Shown one piece after another: positions 47,590 to 58,132 of a stretch of 64,000 nucleotides of DNA. The notes under the pieces are model-generated. The model saw nothing but the letters and a program-made list of their open reading frames with translations. It had not been told where the DNA came from and did not search any database. The first letter of the stretch is position 1. The number at the start of each line of letters is the position of its first letter. A program made the position numbers and the translations under genes. The DNA comes from Ferroplasma sp. (lineage in GTDB: Archaea > Thermoplasmatota > Thermoplasmata > Thermoplasmatales > Thermoplasmataceae), in NCBI GenBank assembly GCA_038729085.1, contig JAVYST010000002.1, forward strand, positions 3,216 to 67,215, in the 5' to 3' direction.

Positions 47590-49545
47590 ATGGTAAATAG
47601 TGAATCTATCCTGAAAAGAAATATAGGTTTTTCGCCAGATTACATGAATAAGAACTTTGATGCCACTGAGGATTTCTACTCTTTTTGCAACGGCAAATGG
47701 CTTGAGGAAACAAAAATACCAAAAGATAGATCAAGGTATGGTTCATTTGATATGTTATACGAAAAGAATATGCACATTTTAAACAATATCCTTGAAAGAA
47801 GTTCTAAGGCCCCTGAATCTCCTTTAGAAAAACAGTTAGGCGATTTTTATAAGTCTGCTATGAATACCAGGAAGCTTGAAGCGATTAAATTCAGGCCCGT
47901 CAGCACTATAATAAAAAAAATTGATGAGATGGACAGAAGCAGGCTGCCAGAACTCCTTGCTTACCTTTCATTGAATGGCGTGGACATATTCTTTAATTCC
48001 GAAACGGAAGAGGACGCAAAAAATACTGAAATATATGCTTTATATATTTTACAGGGCGGCATTTCACTTCCAGACAGAGATTATTATCTTGATAGCAAAA
48101 TGAAACAGATCCTTGATGCATATAAAGTACATATTGCAAATATGTTTGCACTTTATGGGTACAGCAGGGAAGAGGCAGAGAAATCAGCCAGCAATGTAAT
48201 TAAAATTGAAAGCGCCCTTGCGAAATTCAGCAGATCAAAAACTGATCTCCGTGACGTGGAAAAAGCATACAATAGAATGGAACTGGATGAAATAGATTCT
48301 AAATATTCTGAGTTTGGATTTAAAAAATATTTCTCTGAAATAAGCAGCGCGGACATAGAATATGCAATAATTGATGCCCCTGAATTTTTTTCAGAGGCAG
48401 ATGCTATGTTAAAAACCATGCCAGAAATGGAATTAAAGGAATATTTTAAGTGGAAGGCATTGAATAGCTATGCGCCATTAATGCATAATGCGGCAGTTAA
48501 GGAAAATTTTAATTTCTTTAAAAAGGCACTGCTTGGCCAGGAAAAGATAGCACCAAGATGGAGAACAGCTGTTAATATTATAGATGGATCAATTGGCGAT
48601 TCTCTTGGCTATATATATGTCCGTGACCATTTTGGAAAAGAAGCCGAGAACAAAATAAGCATACTTATTGATGATTTAAAAAGCATATTCAAAGAAAGGC
48701 TGGAAAAGAATCCATGGATGGGTGCTGAGACCAGAGAAAGAGCATTGAAAAAGTTTTCAAAATTTACCACTAAAATTGGCTATCCAAAAAAACTGAAGGA
48801 CTATTCTTCAATAGAGATAAAACCAGATGATTATGCTGGCAATGTTGTAAGATCAATGCTTTATGAACAGAACAGGCAACTTTCGCGCATTGGAAAGGAG
48901 GTTGACAGATCAGAATGGTTCATGACACCACCTACAGTTAATGCATACTTCAATCCTATGGGAAATGAAATTGTTTTTCCTGCTGGAATAATGCAGCCAC
49001 CGTTCTTTGATGCAGAAATGGATGACCCTGTGAATTATGGTGGAATAGGCAGTGTTATAGCACACGAGATTACACATGGATACGATGACCAGGGAAGCCA
49101 TTTTGATGAAAATGGAAATATGGCAAACTGGTGGCTTCCAGATGATAAGAAAAGATTTGATGAGCTTGCTGCAAAAGTTGTAGACATGTACCAGAAAGTT
49201 GAAATATTGCCAGGCTTCCATATTAATGGAAAACTGACGCTTGGAGAGAATATTGCGGACCTTGGAGCCGTTTTGATTGCCTACGATGCCATGCAAAGAA
49301 GGTTAAAAGCTGAGCCATCGAAAAACATATTGATTGATGGATTTACTCCTGAACAGCGTTTCTTTATTTCATGGGGGCAGATCTGGAGAACAAAAATAAG
49401 GGATAATGAGGCAAAGCGGCTTGCCACAATTGATCCACATTCGCCTGGTTCTGCCAGAGGAACGCTGCCTGCATGGAACCATCCAGATTTTAACAGGATA
49501 TTCAGCGGGAAGATAGAACATAATTGCCATGTAATAATGTGGTAA
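47590..49545 (+). CDS. pepO: M13-family zinc metallopeptidase (PepO/neprilysin-like)
   Basis: 651 aa. HEITHGYD (HExxH), GENIADLGA (ExxxD), NAYF/NAYY block, C-terminal ...W. No N-terminal TM or signal segment. Confidence 0.9.
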   Translation: MVNSESILKRNIGFSPDYMNKNFDATEDFYSFCNGKWLEETKIPKDRSRYGSFDMLYEKNMHILNNILERSSKAPESPLEKQLGDFYKSAMNTRKLEAIKFRPVSTIIKKIDEMDRSRLPELLAYLSLNGVDIFFNSETEEDAKNTEIYALYILQGGISLPDRDYYLDSKMKQILDAYKVHIANMFALYGYSREEAEKSASNVIKIESALAKFSRSKTDLRDVEKAYNRMELDEIDSKYSEFGFKKYFSEISSADIEYAIIDAPEFFSEADAMLKTMPEMELKEYFKWKALNSYAPLMHNAAVKENFNFFKKALLGQEKIAPRWRTAVNIIDGSIGDSLGYIYVRDHFGKEAENKISILIDDLKSIFKERLEKNPWMGAETRERALKKFSKFTTKIGYPKKLKDYSSIEIKPDDYAGNVVRSMLYEQNRQLSRIGKEVDRSEWFMTPPTVNAYFNPMGNEIVFPAGIMQPPFFDAEMDDPVNYGGIGSVIAHEITHGYDDQGSHFDENGNMANWWLPDDKKRFDELAAKVVDMYQKVEILPGFHINGKLTLGENIADLGAVLIAYDAMQRRLKAEPSKNILIDGFTPEQRFFISWGQIWRTKIRDNEAKRLATIDPHSPGSARGTLPAWNHPDFNRIFSGKIEHNCHVIMW

Positions 49546-49553
49546 GCAATATT

Positions 49554-50171
49554 TTATAACCAGCTTATTTTTCTTAAAATATCTATTAAGCCTCCAATAT
49601 TTTCAATTTCATAATCTTTATTTTTGGATTCTTTTTCAATGCCATGCGTTACAAGAATGGCTATAGACCCTAATTTTTTTGCTGGGATCAGGTCATTATC
49701 TATATCGCCAACAACAATTGTATTTTCAGGCAACACGCCCAATTCATGCATAGCCTTAAGATATGGCTCTGTATCTGGCTTTCCATTTTTAACATCATCC
49801 ATTGTAACCAGGGCGTCAACGTTGATTTTTAATGTATCCATCATTTTTCGGCGCGATGATGTTACTATAGCAATTTTTATACCTGCATTCCTGATCTGTT
49901 CAAATGTTTCTTCAACATCATTGAATAGCTTAACTTTATCTTTATAGGCTGCAAAATATTTTTCCTCATGCACTTCAATTTCGGGATTGCGTGCATTCAT
50001 TTTTTTGATGAGCATGGAACCAGGATAGCCTATCATCAGCCGTATTACCTCCGGATCTGAATCAATTCCAAAATCTTTAAATGCTTTTTCCCATGATTTA
50101 ATTCGGTAGTTAATTGAATCTAAAATAGTGCCATCCAGATCAAAAATGATTGCTTTTGCAGTTTTTAGCAT
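49554..50171 (-). CDS. HAD-superfamily hydrolase (phosphatase / beta-phosphoglucomutase-like)
   Basis: 205 aa. Motif I FDLDGTILDS, motif II VTSS, motif IV VGDIDNDL. Confidence 0.85.
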   Translation of the reverse strand: MLKTAKAIIFDLDGTILDSINYRIKSWEKAFKDFGIDSDPEVIRLMIGYPGSMLIKKMNARNPEIEVHEEKYFAAYKDKVKLFNDVEETFEQIRNAGIKIAIVTSSRRKMMDTLKINVDALVTMDDVKNGKPDTEPYLKAMHELGVLPENTIVVGDIDNDLIPAKKLGSIAILVTHGIEKESKNKDYEIENIGGLIDILRKISWL

Positions 50172-50214
50172 ATACTATAATACAATATTTATAAATAAAT
50201 TTTAGCAGGGAAAT

Positions 50215-51711
50215 TTATTTTTTAGCCGATATAGCCATACTGGAATTGTCATAAACAACTTTTTCAGTTTTTTTGCCAAGAACCTCGTGTGCCAGGAGAA
50301 CTATGAAAGCTGCGGCCATAAAGGTTGCTGCGCCAGTAATGAAAGCGTATTTGAATGCTATAAAGTCTGGGAATGAGAATGTTTGAATGCCTGTTGCGGT
50401 ATGGACTATGTCGACAACTGTATAGAGAGAAAGTATTGTTCCAGCAATTGGTGCACCGATACTGCTTCCAATATACCTGAATGTACTGTTCATTGATGTG
50501 GCAAGGCCCATATCCTTTGGCTCGACTGAAAGCACAAGCAAATTTATTATAGATGCATTCATGATTGCCATCCCGGAACCGATGATAACTTCGTCAGCCA
50601 GAGTCATATAAAGCCCAGGTGATCCTGAAAGAAGCAGAAAACCCATTGCGGTAATAAGTGAGCCAACAATTGCAAGTGGTTTTATTCCGGTTTTTGTGAT
50701 TAGCCTCCCGGTAACGATAGAGAATGTTATCATGCCAAGGGCAAAAGCAACCATTGCAATGCCTGTATAAACTATTGAAAAGCCGAATCCATATGGTGAA
50801 GGGGTTTCAAATTTATATGATAGGGCCTGCATTGAGAGATACATGCCAAGCCCGGATACAGTTAATGTTAAATTGGCAATAAGGACATTTCTCTTTGATA
50901 GCAGTTTCATATCAAATATTGCCTCGCCGCCATGCCTGAAATAATGCCTTTCGTATATAAACATAGGGATCAACAGCATTAAACCTATTACTAACATGGC
51001 AAGGAACAGGAAAGAACTCCATCCCCATGATGAGCCTTCAGACATGGCAAGGACAATCAATGCAAGCGGTGCGCCAAGGGCTATTGCCCCAATATAATCG
51101 ACTTTCACATCTGGCTTTCTATATTTAGATTCCCTTACCTTCCAGATTGTTAATATTGCAAGTGCAACAATGAATGGTATTGCTGTATGGTATGTCATTC
51201 TCCAGCCATAATAATTTGAAATGAATGAACCAAGTGGCAGGCTGATGGCAAAGCCAGCACCAAACATGCCGCTGATCAGTGCCTGGGCTTTAGGAACCAT
51301 ATTTCTGGGAAATTCTTCACGTACCATTGCCATTCCAAGTGGCATTATTGTAAGGCCAACACCCTGGACAGCCCTTGAAATTACCATAAAAGTAAAATTG
51401 GGGGAAAAACCTGTTACTGAAACCGCTGCAGCATATAATAGCATTACAATAGACATCATTTTTTTCTTTCCGTAGATATCAGCAAGCTTGCCAACAACCG
51501 GGCTGAGGGCAACACCGGTAAGCAGATAGGTGGAAAGTACCAGGCTAACCTGGTCAACGCTTATATGGAATTCCTCTGCTATAGATGGAAGCGATGGAGT
51601 CAGCATCCCTTCAACATACATAACTGCTACTATGATCATCGAAAATAATATTAAAACGAACCTTGCATATTTTGCATCAACTTTATCTTCCATTTCATTC
51701 AACTCCAGCAA
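50215..51711 (-). CDS. MFS transporter, DHA2/EmrB-like (14 TM)
   Basis: 498 aa. GKLADIYGKKKMM motif and a 14-TM layout. Paralogous in architecture to the transporter at 30062-31531. Confidence 0.8.
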   Translation of the reverse strand: MLELNEMEDKVDAKYARFVLILFSMIIVAVMYVEGMLTPSLPSIAEEFHISVDQVSLVLSTYLLTGVALSPVVGKLADIYGKKKMMSIVMLLYAAAVSVTGFSPNFTFMVISRAVQGVGLTIMPLGMAMVREEFPRNMVPKAQALISGMFGAGFAISLPLGSFISNYYGWRMTYHTAIPFIVALAILTIWKVRESKYRKPDVKVDYIGAIALGAPLALIVLAMSEGSSWGWSSFLFLAMLVIGLMLLIPMFIYERHYFRHGGEAIFDMKLLSKRNVLIANLTLTVSGLGMYLSMQALSYKFETPSPYGFGFSIVYTGIAMVAFALGMITFSIVTGRLITKTGIKPLAIVGSLITAMGFLLLSGSPGLYMTLADEVIIGSGMAIMNASIINLLVLSVEPKDMGLATSMNSTFRYIGSSIGAPIAGTILSLYTVVDIVHTATGIQTFSFPDFIAFKYAFITGAATFMAAAFIVLLAHEVLGKKTEKVVYDNSSMAISAKK

Positions 51712-51905
51712 TCATATATACTCAATTTTTTTTATGATTGCCAAATTTACTATAGGTAATTGTAATTCAGTATTTAATAGTTTCTTTACTGAATAGTTTA
51801 TAAATAAATTAATATATTTACATTGAAAAAATTCGCTCTGGATATGGCATTCCAATGTTTCCCATTAATTATTTGCCAAAATAATATGCAACAGGTTTTC
51901 GAAAT

Positions 51906-52877
51906 TTAAGAACTTCGCTTAAGAAATGAATATCTTTTTTTATAAACTGTTGCGTATTTCCTGGCAGTTAAAATAGCATCTTTCATGCTGGCAAAATCGG
52001 CACGGTTCTTTCCAGCTATGTCAAATGCAGTTCCATGGTCTACCGATGTCCTCAAAAACGGGAGACCGGGATTCATGCTGACCGTATGCCTGAAATCATA
52101 GGTTTTTGCAGCAATATGGCCCTGGTCATGGTAAAGTGCAAGCACAACATCATAATTACCAAGTGATGCAAAATGGAATACAGAATCGGCCGGGATTGGG
52201 CCAGAGACATTGACTTTATCCATGGCATCATTAATCGCAGGAATAATTTCATCTTTTTCCTCACTTCCAAATATCCCCGATTCACCAGCATGGGGATTCA
52301 GGGCCGCTACAGCTATTCTTGGCTCCATAAAGCCTAAAAGGTTCATGCTTTTTGATGTGTCAAGTATGGCATTATAAATATTCTCCCTTTTAACATATTT
52401 TACAGCATCCATAAGTGACATGTGTTTAGAAAGGAAGGTAATCCTCAATTTTTTAATTTCAAACAGTGTAGTAATAAATGTAGAACCTGTTAAAGCTTTT
52501 AGCATTGATGTATGGTCTATATATTTTGAACCTGACTGTATCATTGCCTGTTTATTTATTGGAGCTGTTGCTAGTGCATCAATTTTTTTCTCTGCTGCAA
52601 ACTGTACAGCCAGTTCTATATTTTTATATGCAATTGATCCAGAATAGCTGGTTAATTTGCCCATTTCTACTGTTTGCCCATTGCCAGTATTTATAAAATT
52701 GTAATTCTTTACAGTCTCGTAATTCAATCCACAGCTTTTCAGTACCTGTTGAAAATTATCTTCGTCGCCAAAGATTGTAACTTTGAAATCTCTTCTGTTC
52801 ATCGAATATAAAGCCTTGGCAACAATCTCAGGGCCAATGCCCGCAGGATCTCCCAGCGTTATGCCAATATTAAGCAT
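51906..52877 (-). CDS. PdxA-family NAD(P)-dependent 4-phospho-hydroxyacid dehydrogenase (PdxA2-like)
   Basis: 323 aa. N-terminal ITLGDPAGIGPEI, NPHAGESG and HDQG motifs. Confidence 0.85.
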   Translation of the reverse strand: MLNIGITLGDPAGIGPEIVAKALYSMNRRDFKVTIFGDEDNFQQVLKSCGLNYETVKNYNFINTGNGQTVEMGKLTSYSGSIAYKNIELAVQFAAEKKIDALATAPINKQAMIQSGSKYIDHTSMLKALTGSTFITTLFEIKKLRITFLSKHMSLMDAVKYVKRENIYNAILDTSKSMNLLGFMEPRIAVAALNPHAGESGIFGSEEKDEIIPAINDAMDKVNVSGPIPADSVFHFASLGNYDVVLALYHDQGHIAAKTYDFRHTVSMNPGLPFLRTSVDHGTAFDIAGKNRADFASMKDAILTARKYATVYKKRYSFLKRSS

Positions 52878-52890
52878 AAAACTATGATTT

Positions 52891-53304
52891 TTATATCTTA
52901 TTTATAGTTGCATATTCAATCAGTTTCATATAGATATCAATATCCCCAAGGCTTCCACCTTTTAATATATACTTTTTGCCATCAAAGATGCCTCCAATTA
53001 CAGTTCCGGATGATATGAGTGGCAGGTATTCCCCGGATGATATGAGATATTTAAATTTTCCATGCGACAGGATAGCATAGGCTGTTTCGCCACCACTTAA
53101 AATCAAATTGTCATAAAAAGTTAGCCGGGTGATAAAATTCATATTCCCGGTATTTGCCCATTTCTTTCCTGCCAGAACGAAGAGACAAATATCAGGGTTA
53201 TCATCTGAATCAAATTTGTCAGTAATTCCCTGTGAAGAAAGGAATCCAATTTGCTTATCTGTCATCCCGGAACATGTTCCAATAACAATTGCAATCCTGG
53301 CCAT
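52891..53304 (-). CDS. four-carbon acid-sugar kinase (DUF1537) C-terminal nucleotide-binding domain, as a separate ORF
   Basis: 137 aa. IAIVIGTCSGMTDKQ (compare the GS...T..Q block), SGGETAYAIL (GGDTA motif), ILKGGSLGD (K.G.FG motif). Confidence 0.7.
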   Translation of the reverse strand: MARIAIVIGTCSGMTDKQIGFLSSQGITDKFDSDDNPDICLFVLAGKKWANTGNMNFITRLTFYDNLILSGGETAYAILSHGKFKYLISSGEYLPLISSGTVIGGIFDGKKYILKGGSLGDIDIYMKLIEYATINKI

Positions 53305-53829
53305 TTAAATCAAATCCAGATATTTTTTTATTAAAGGGCCAGGATCCACAGGAATATATCCATTGATCAGGCAAATTTGGGCTATTTTTGAAAGATCGCA
53401 ATCCGATGCTGAATCAGATATATAAATTTCATTCTCAGTATTTACTGGAATTATATCCTGCAAATTGATTTCATGCAATTTATAAACTGTTTTTTTGTTA
53501 ACTGTATATCGCCCGAATTCAGGTATAGTGTCTGTTAATAATATTTTGCCAATGCCCGAAAGCGGCTTAAGTTCTGCCTTAATATTGCCTCTGAGAAAAC
53601 TGTCAATTCTAATTGTGATAAATGCGCCTCTGTAATTTTTTATTATGCTATTTATGCGACTGGCTGGATTATCACTATTTCTGGTTTCTAAATCGACACT
53701 TACAATTTTATAGCTATATATATCTATAAGTGGCAGGTTTTCAAAAGGAACAGTTATAATTCCGGTTCCAACCATTGAGGCAAAGCCTGCAGCCCCTGTC
53801 AGATCATCAGAAAGTACAAGAATGGCCAT
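53305..53829 (-). CDS. four-carbon acid-sugar kinase (DUF1537) N-terminal domain, as a separate ORF
   Basis: 174 aa. SDDLTGAAG (ADDxTGA motif), RIDSFLRGNIKAE (KIDSTLRGN), IPEFGRYT (PAFPxxGR). Its stop TAA is immediately followed by the ATG of the C-terminal-domain ORF. Confidence 0.7.
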   Translation of the reverse strand: MAILVLSDDLTGAAGFASMVGTGIITVPFENLPLIDIYSYKIVSVDLETRNSDNPASRINSIIKNYRGAFITIRIDSFLRGNIKAELKPLSGIGKILLTDTIPEFGRYTVNKKTVYKLHEINLQDIIPVNTENEIYISDSASDCDLSKIAQICLINGYIPVDPGPLIKKYLDLI

Positions 53830-54464
53830 AATTATTATTATTTTATCCTATATATAGTATTTTTATACTGGCTGAAGAAATATTGCATCCCGCATATGGC
53901 ATAAATTTCAAAAATTTAAAAATATTTGCCGATTCGATTGGAGAATTAATATAAAGCAATAGATATTTTTTAAACTGATTATAGAAATCTTTGAGCAGGA
54001 ATACAACCAATCCTGTGATGTGCAAGAATTGCTGATTTATATATAAAAATGGTACTCGTTCAGCACGAACCGATCTTTCTGGGTGATAAAGTTGTGCAGA
54101 AAAATACAGATAAACTGATTTTTCTAAAAAAGGCTTCGATTTGTTGTTAGAATGCCACCAAATTGCAATACTTGCTGAGATTTAGATAAATTGCATGCCT
54201 ATATAGTATGTAGACAGAGATGCATGCAGTGGAAGTACAAATCTTAGGCCGAATAGGCACCAGATCTTTGTATTAAGTTCTTGCTACGCTTTTGAAACTG
54301 TAAAGGATGAGGCCAAAAACCGAGCAAAAATAAGGGCGTAAAGCACTTTAATGTAAAGAGTATGCCGGACTGGCCACTGCTTAACTGATGCAATTATAGC
54401 CAACTGTTCGATAAATAAATGAAAAGATTTAACTTTTATAATACAGTATCATTTTGTGCGCACG

Positions 54465-56180
54465 ATGGATGAAACATATACAAATAGTATTACAGAGGAT
54501 AGAAAATTAAAGAGGTCTCTTTCTTCGTGGGACTTATATTTCATCAGCCTGGGTTCTATAATAGGTTCAGGATGGCTTTTTGCTGAATCGGCTTCAGCAG
54601 GAACAACAGGGCCGGCATCCATTTTATCCTGGATCATTGGTGGTGCAATAGTACTCGTAATAACGCTTGTGTATGCTGAAATTGGTTCAATGATACCAAG
54701 AACGGGCATGATGACGAGATATGCCCATTACTCACATGGTGGAATAACTGGCTTATTCTTTGGTTGGGCATATTTTGCTGCGAGAGTTGCTACTCCAGCT
54801 CTGGAGGCTGAAGCTGCAATAACTTATGCTGGTTCGTACATAAAAAAGCCGGCACTTGTGTATTTTGCAAGAAACCCACTTCACCCCTCGTCCACTGTGG
54901 CATTATTGAGCGGATATGGTATTTTGCTTGCTGCTATTCTAATAATTGCATTCTATTTCATAAATTATTTTGGTGTTAAGCTAATGGGAAAAACCAATCA
55001 GGGAATAACATGGTGGAAATTGATAATACCATCTTTAACGATTATTTTAATGATGGTATTTGTTTTCCATGCAACTAATTTCTCAGATCCATCACTTGGT
55101 GGATTTTTGCCCGAAAATAAAATTTCACTGATATTTGAGGCTATATCAACTGATGGTATTGTTTTTTCATATCTTGGTTTCCGGCACACCCTTGATTTTG
55201 CAGGTGAGGCAAGAAACCCTCAGAAGGATATTCCAAAAGCTTTGATTTTAGCTATGGTTACATCTATTGCAGTATATATTCTTCTTCAAATTGCCTTTAT
55301 TGGGGCAATTAATCCGGCATTGCTGGCAAAATCTGGTGGATGGCTCGGCCTGGCCTCGTCCTCTCCATCGACATATGTAAAAAGTATAGATACCGCACCA
55401 TTTGCATTCCTGGCAAAGTCCTCAAATATTTCTATTATAGGCATTCTTGTATATTTACTGTATGCTGATGCATACATATCTCCAGCTGGAACCCTTAACA
55501 TAGCTGCAGGAGTATCTACTAGAAATCTTTATGGCATGGCAGAAAATGGTTATTTTCCCGAAAGCCTTGCAAAAGTGAACAAAAAAACAGGTGTGCCAGT
55601 AGTATCACTTATTATTAGCCTTATTTTAGGTCTCATATTCCTCATACCGTTGCCCAGCTGGTATGTGGTTGTGGGGCTTGTATCAGGTGTTGCTGCATTC
55701 ACTTATATTCTTGGAGGTTCAACATTGATGGTTTTACGGCGTGAGGCTGCAAATCTTAAGAGGCCATATCGTCTTCCCTATGCAAAAATACTGTCACCAG
55801 TATCATTTGTAGGTGCATCGTTAATAGTTTATTGGACTGGTTGGCCTAATGTTGGTTATATAGCAATAATAATTTTTGCTGGCATAGCGATTTATCTGTT
55901 TATGTATTTATTGGATCGTGTTGACAGTGTATTTAACAGGGCAAATATAAAAGGTGGATACTGGGTTCCTCTTCTGCTATTGTCTCTTGTATTCCTTTCT
56001 TACGTTGGTGAAGCAAATTATGGTGGAATGAACATAATTCCCTTTCCATTCGATTTCCTTGTTGTAATTATCGTTTCCCTGGTATTCTATGTAATTTCAG
56101 TCAATGCAGGGTTTAAAACCGATGAAATAACTGATATTATTGCATCAGGAGAACAGTATATCTCATCGTTTGACAGGTAA
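54465..56180 (+). CDS. APC-family amino acid permease
   Basis: The track ORF starts at GTG 54456, and ATG 54465 gives MDETYTNS. Multi-TM APC pattern (SLGSIIGSGWLF). The last 18 nt overlap the antisense TnpB relic. Confidence 0.8.
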   Translation: MDETYTNSITEDRKLKRSLSSWDLYFISLGSIIGSGWLFAESASAGTTGPASILSWIIGGAIVLVITLVYAEIGSMIPRTGMMTRYAHYSHGGITGLFFGWAYFAARVATPALEAEAAITYAGSYIKKPALVYFARNPLHPSSTVALLSGYGILLAAILIIAFYFINYFGVKLMGKTNQGITWWKLIIPSLTIILMMVFVFHATNFSDPSLGGFLPENKISLIFEAISTDGIVFSYLGFRHTLDFAGEARNPQKDIPKALILAMVTSIAVYILLQIAFIGAINPALLAKSGGWLGLASSSPSTYVKSIDTAPFAFLAKSSNISIIGILVYLLYADAYISPAGTLNIAAGVSTRNLYGMAENGYFPESLAKVNKKTGVPVVSLIISLILGLIFLIPLPSWYVVVGLVSGVAAFTYILGGSTLMVLRREAANLKRPYRLPYAKILSPVSFVGASLIVYWTGWPNVGYIAIIIFAGIAIYLFMYLLDRVDSVFNRANIKGGYWVPLLLLSLVFLSYVGEANYGGMNIIPFPFDFLVVIIVSLVFYVISVNAGFKTDEITDIIASGEQYISSFDR

Positions 56181-56870
56181 TGGCAACTGGTATGCCTCAG
56201 GCTGGAATTCAGCCTCTGTGGCATTTTCCAGGGGTGTGAATTCTGAAATGCTTTTCCCTGCTTTTATCAATTCAATATTGATTATGTTTATTGATGCATT
56301 CGGATCCCAATCAATTGTGAGAGCACATATGCAACAGTAATATATGCTATCTGAGAGTTTGAGATCGTGCTTGATGTTGCAACAATTTGAACAGAGTTTT
56401 GATGATGGCACAAATCTCCCTATTCCTATCAACTCTGCATTTCTCCACTGTATCCTTTATGTTAACATCACTAATCATATATGCCATTTGCGAGCTGATG
56501 GTTTCCCTGCACGCCTTTTTATATCCAGATCTTCAATAGCCACTGTACCATAATGCCTGGCTATCCCACCTGATGCTTTGTGGTTAAAATCTGTTCTCAT
56601 GTCCCTGATATACTGTATATTTTCTGCACCCTTACTGCCCAATTTCTACTGTTCTTTGATCTTTTCTCTTTCCTGGTAGCTTCTTCTGTATTGTAGACAT
56701 TCCTCCATTTTCCTTAATGCCTTCATCGGTTAGATTTGCAAACCACCCGATGCAGTTGAAAATGCCTTTATGCCCGAATTAATGCCTGTTGCCTCTACTA
56801 TTTCAGGCAATTCCTCCTCAATTTCGTGTTGTATTGATGCATAATTGTTCATTATGATACAATTGCACAT
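56163..56870 (-). pseudogene. 5'-truncated, stop-riddled TnpB (IS200/IS605 OrfB) relic
   Basis: The 89-aa ORF 56163-56432 carries a degenerate Zn-ribbon/RuvC-III region (SSKLCSNCCNIKHDLKLSDSIYYCCICALTIDWDPNASINI). My reverse translation of 56433-56870 gives TnpB-like pieces separated by stops: ATGINSGIKAFSTASGG..I*, QYRRSYQEREKIKEQ*KLGSKGAENIQYIRDMRTDFNHKASGGIARHYGTVAIEDLDIK. Confidence 0.75.
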
Positions 56871-57154
56871 TGAGAGTTTTAATCATTGCCTGTACAATTC
56901 TTACAATAATGATAAATATTTCAATTCATTCACATAGAAGGCTCAGTGGTTTCATTGCTCAAACAAATTGTAATTTCATCATCGGGATTATTATTCATTG
57001 CCTTATTATCTACTTTCAATGCTTCGTAAATTTTTGTATTATTTCAGGAATTTATCTCAATCAGGGCATATTTATATTAACTGAGGAAGAAAATTGCTTT
57101 GGCTGTAAAAAACACAATTCAATAATAATAAATAATGATATAAAATTATATTCT

Positions 57155-58132
57155 ATGGAAAAAGCTTTAAAAGGAGTAAAAGTGATAGACCTTACACAGG
57201 CGATGTCCGGCCCTTTTGCATCTATGTTGCTGGGAGACCTTGGTGCTGAAGTAATTAAAGTTGAGCCACTGGATGGAGACCAAACAAGAAAATGGGCACC
57301 ACCCTACATGGCAAACATATCCTCGTATTTTATGAGTGCTAATAGAAATAAAAAAAGTATAGCAATTGACCTTAAAACCCCAGAAGGGAAGGACATTTTA
57401 AAGAAGCTTGTAAAAACAGGCGACGTGCTGATAGAAAATTTTAGGCCGGGCGTTATAGGAAAACTGGGTTTTGCATATGATGATGTCAAGCAATACAACA
57501 AATCAATAATTTACTGTAGCATATCAGGCTATGGCCAGAAAGGGCCTTTAAGCGGTTACCCAGGTTATGACCTGACTGTACTTGCAATGAGCGGACTTCT
57601 GGGCATAACCGGAAATCCCGGATCACCCCCCGTTAAATTTGGAGTGCCTATAGCTGATATCACCACAGCCCTGTTTGCAACAATATCTATATTATCCGCC
57701 CTCTACTACAGGCAACAGTCTGGAATGGGGCAATACATTGACCTTTCAATGCTTGACTGCAATTTTTTGGCTCTTTCACACCAGCTTATGTCATACCTTT
57801 CAACAGGCAATGAACCACAAAAACTCGGATCAGCACATGCCAGCATTGCACCATACCAGGCATATAAAACAAAGGATAGCTACATAGTAATCACAGTAGG
57901 CACTGAAAAACTCTGGGGAAAGTTTTGTGATGTACTGGCTCCTTCCCTTTCAAATAGGCTCGAGTTTAAAACTAATATTGAACGTATTTCAAATCGTTTA
58001 ATGCTTGAAAATGAACTGAATAAAATCCTCGGCAATAAAACCACACAGGAAGTATACAGCATTCTAGTTAAGAATGGAATTCCCTGTGCACCTGTAAACA
58101 CAGTCGCTGAAGCTGTAGAAAGTAAACAAGTG
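57155..58132 (+). pseudogene. family III (CaiB/BaiF) CoA-transferase, N-terminal 326 codons, interrupted by an IS element
   Basis: ATG 57155 gives MEKALKGVKVIDLTQAMSGPFASMLLGDLGAEVIKVEP..GD..R, the family hallmark. The reading frame runs into IS sequence after ...AVESKQV and stops at 58150. The track ORF start at 56870 is a spurious extension. Confidence 0.85.

Noticed and set aside
56870-57154. 95-codon N-terminal extension of the CoA-transferase ORF in the track
   Set aside because: The extension is Ile/Cys/Phe-rich junk starting at a non-ATG codon and overlaps TnpB-relic DNA. The family-typical N-terminus begins at ATG 57155.
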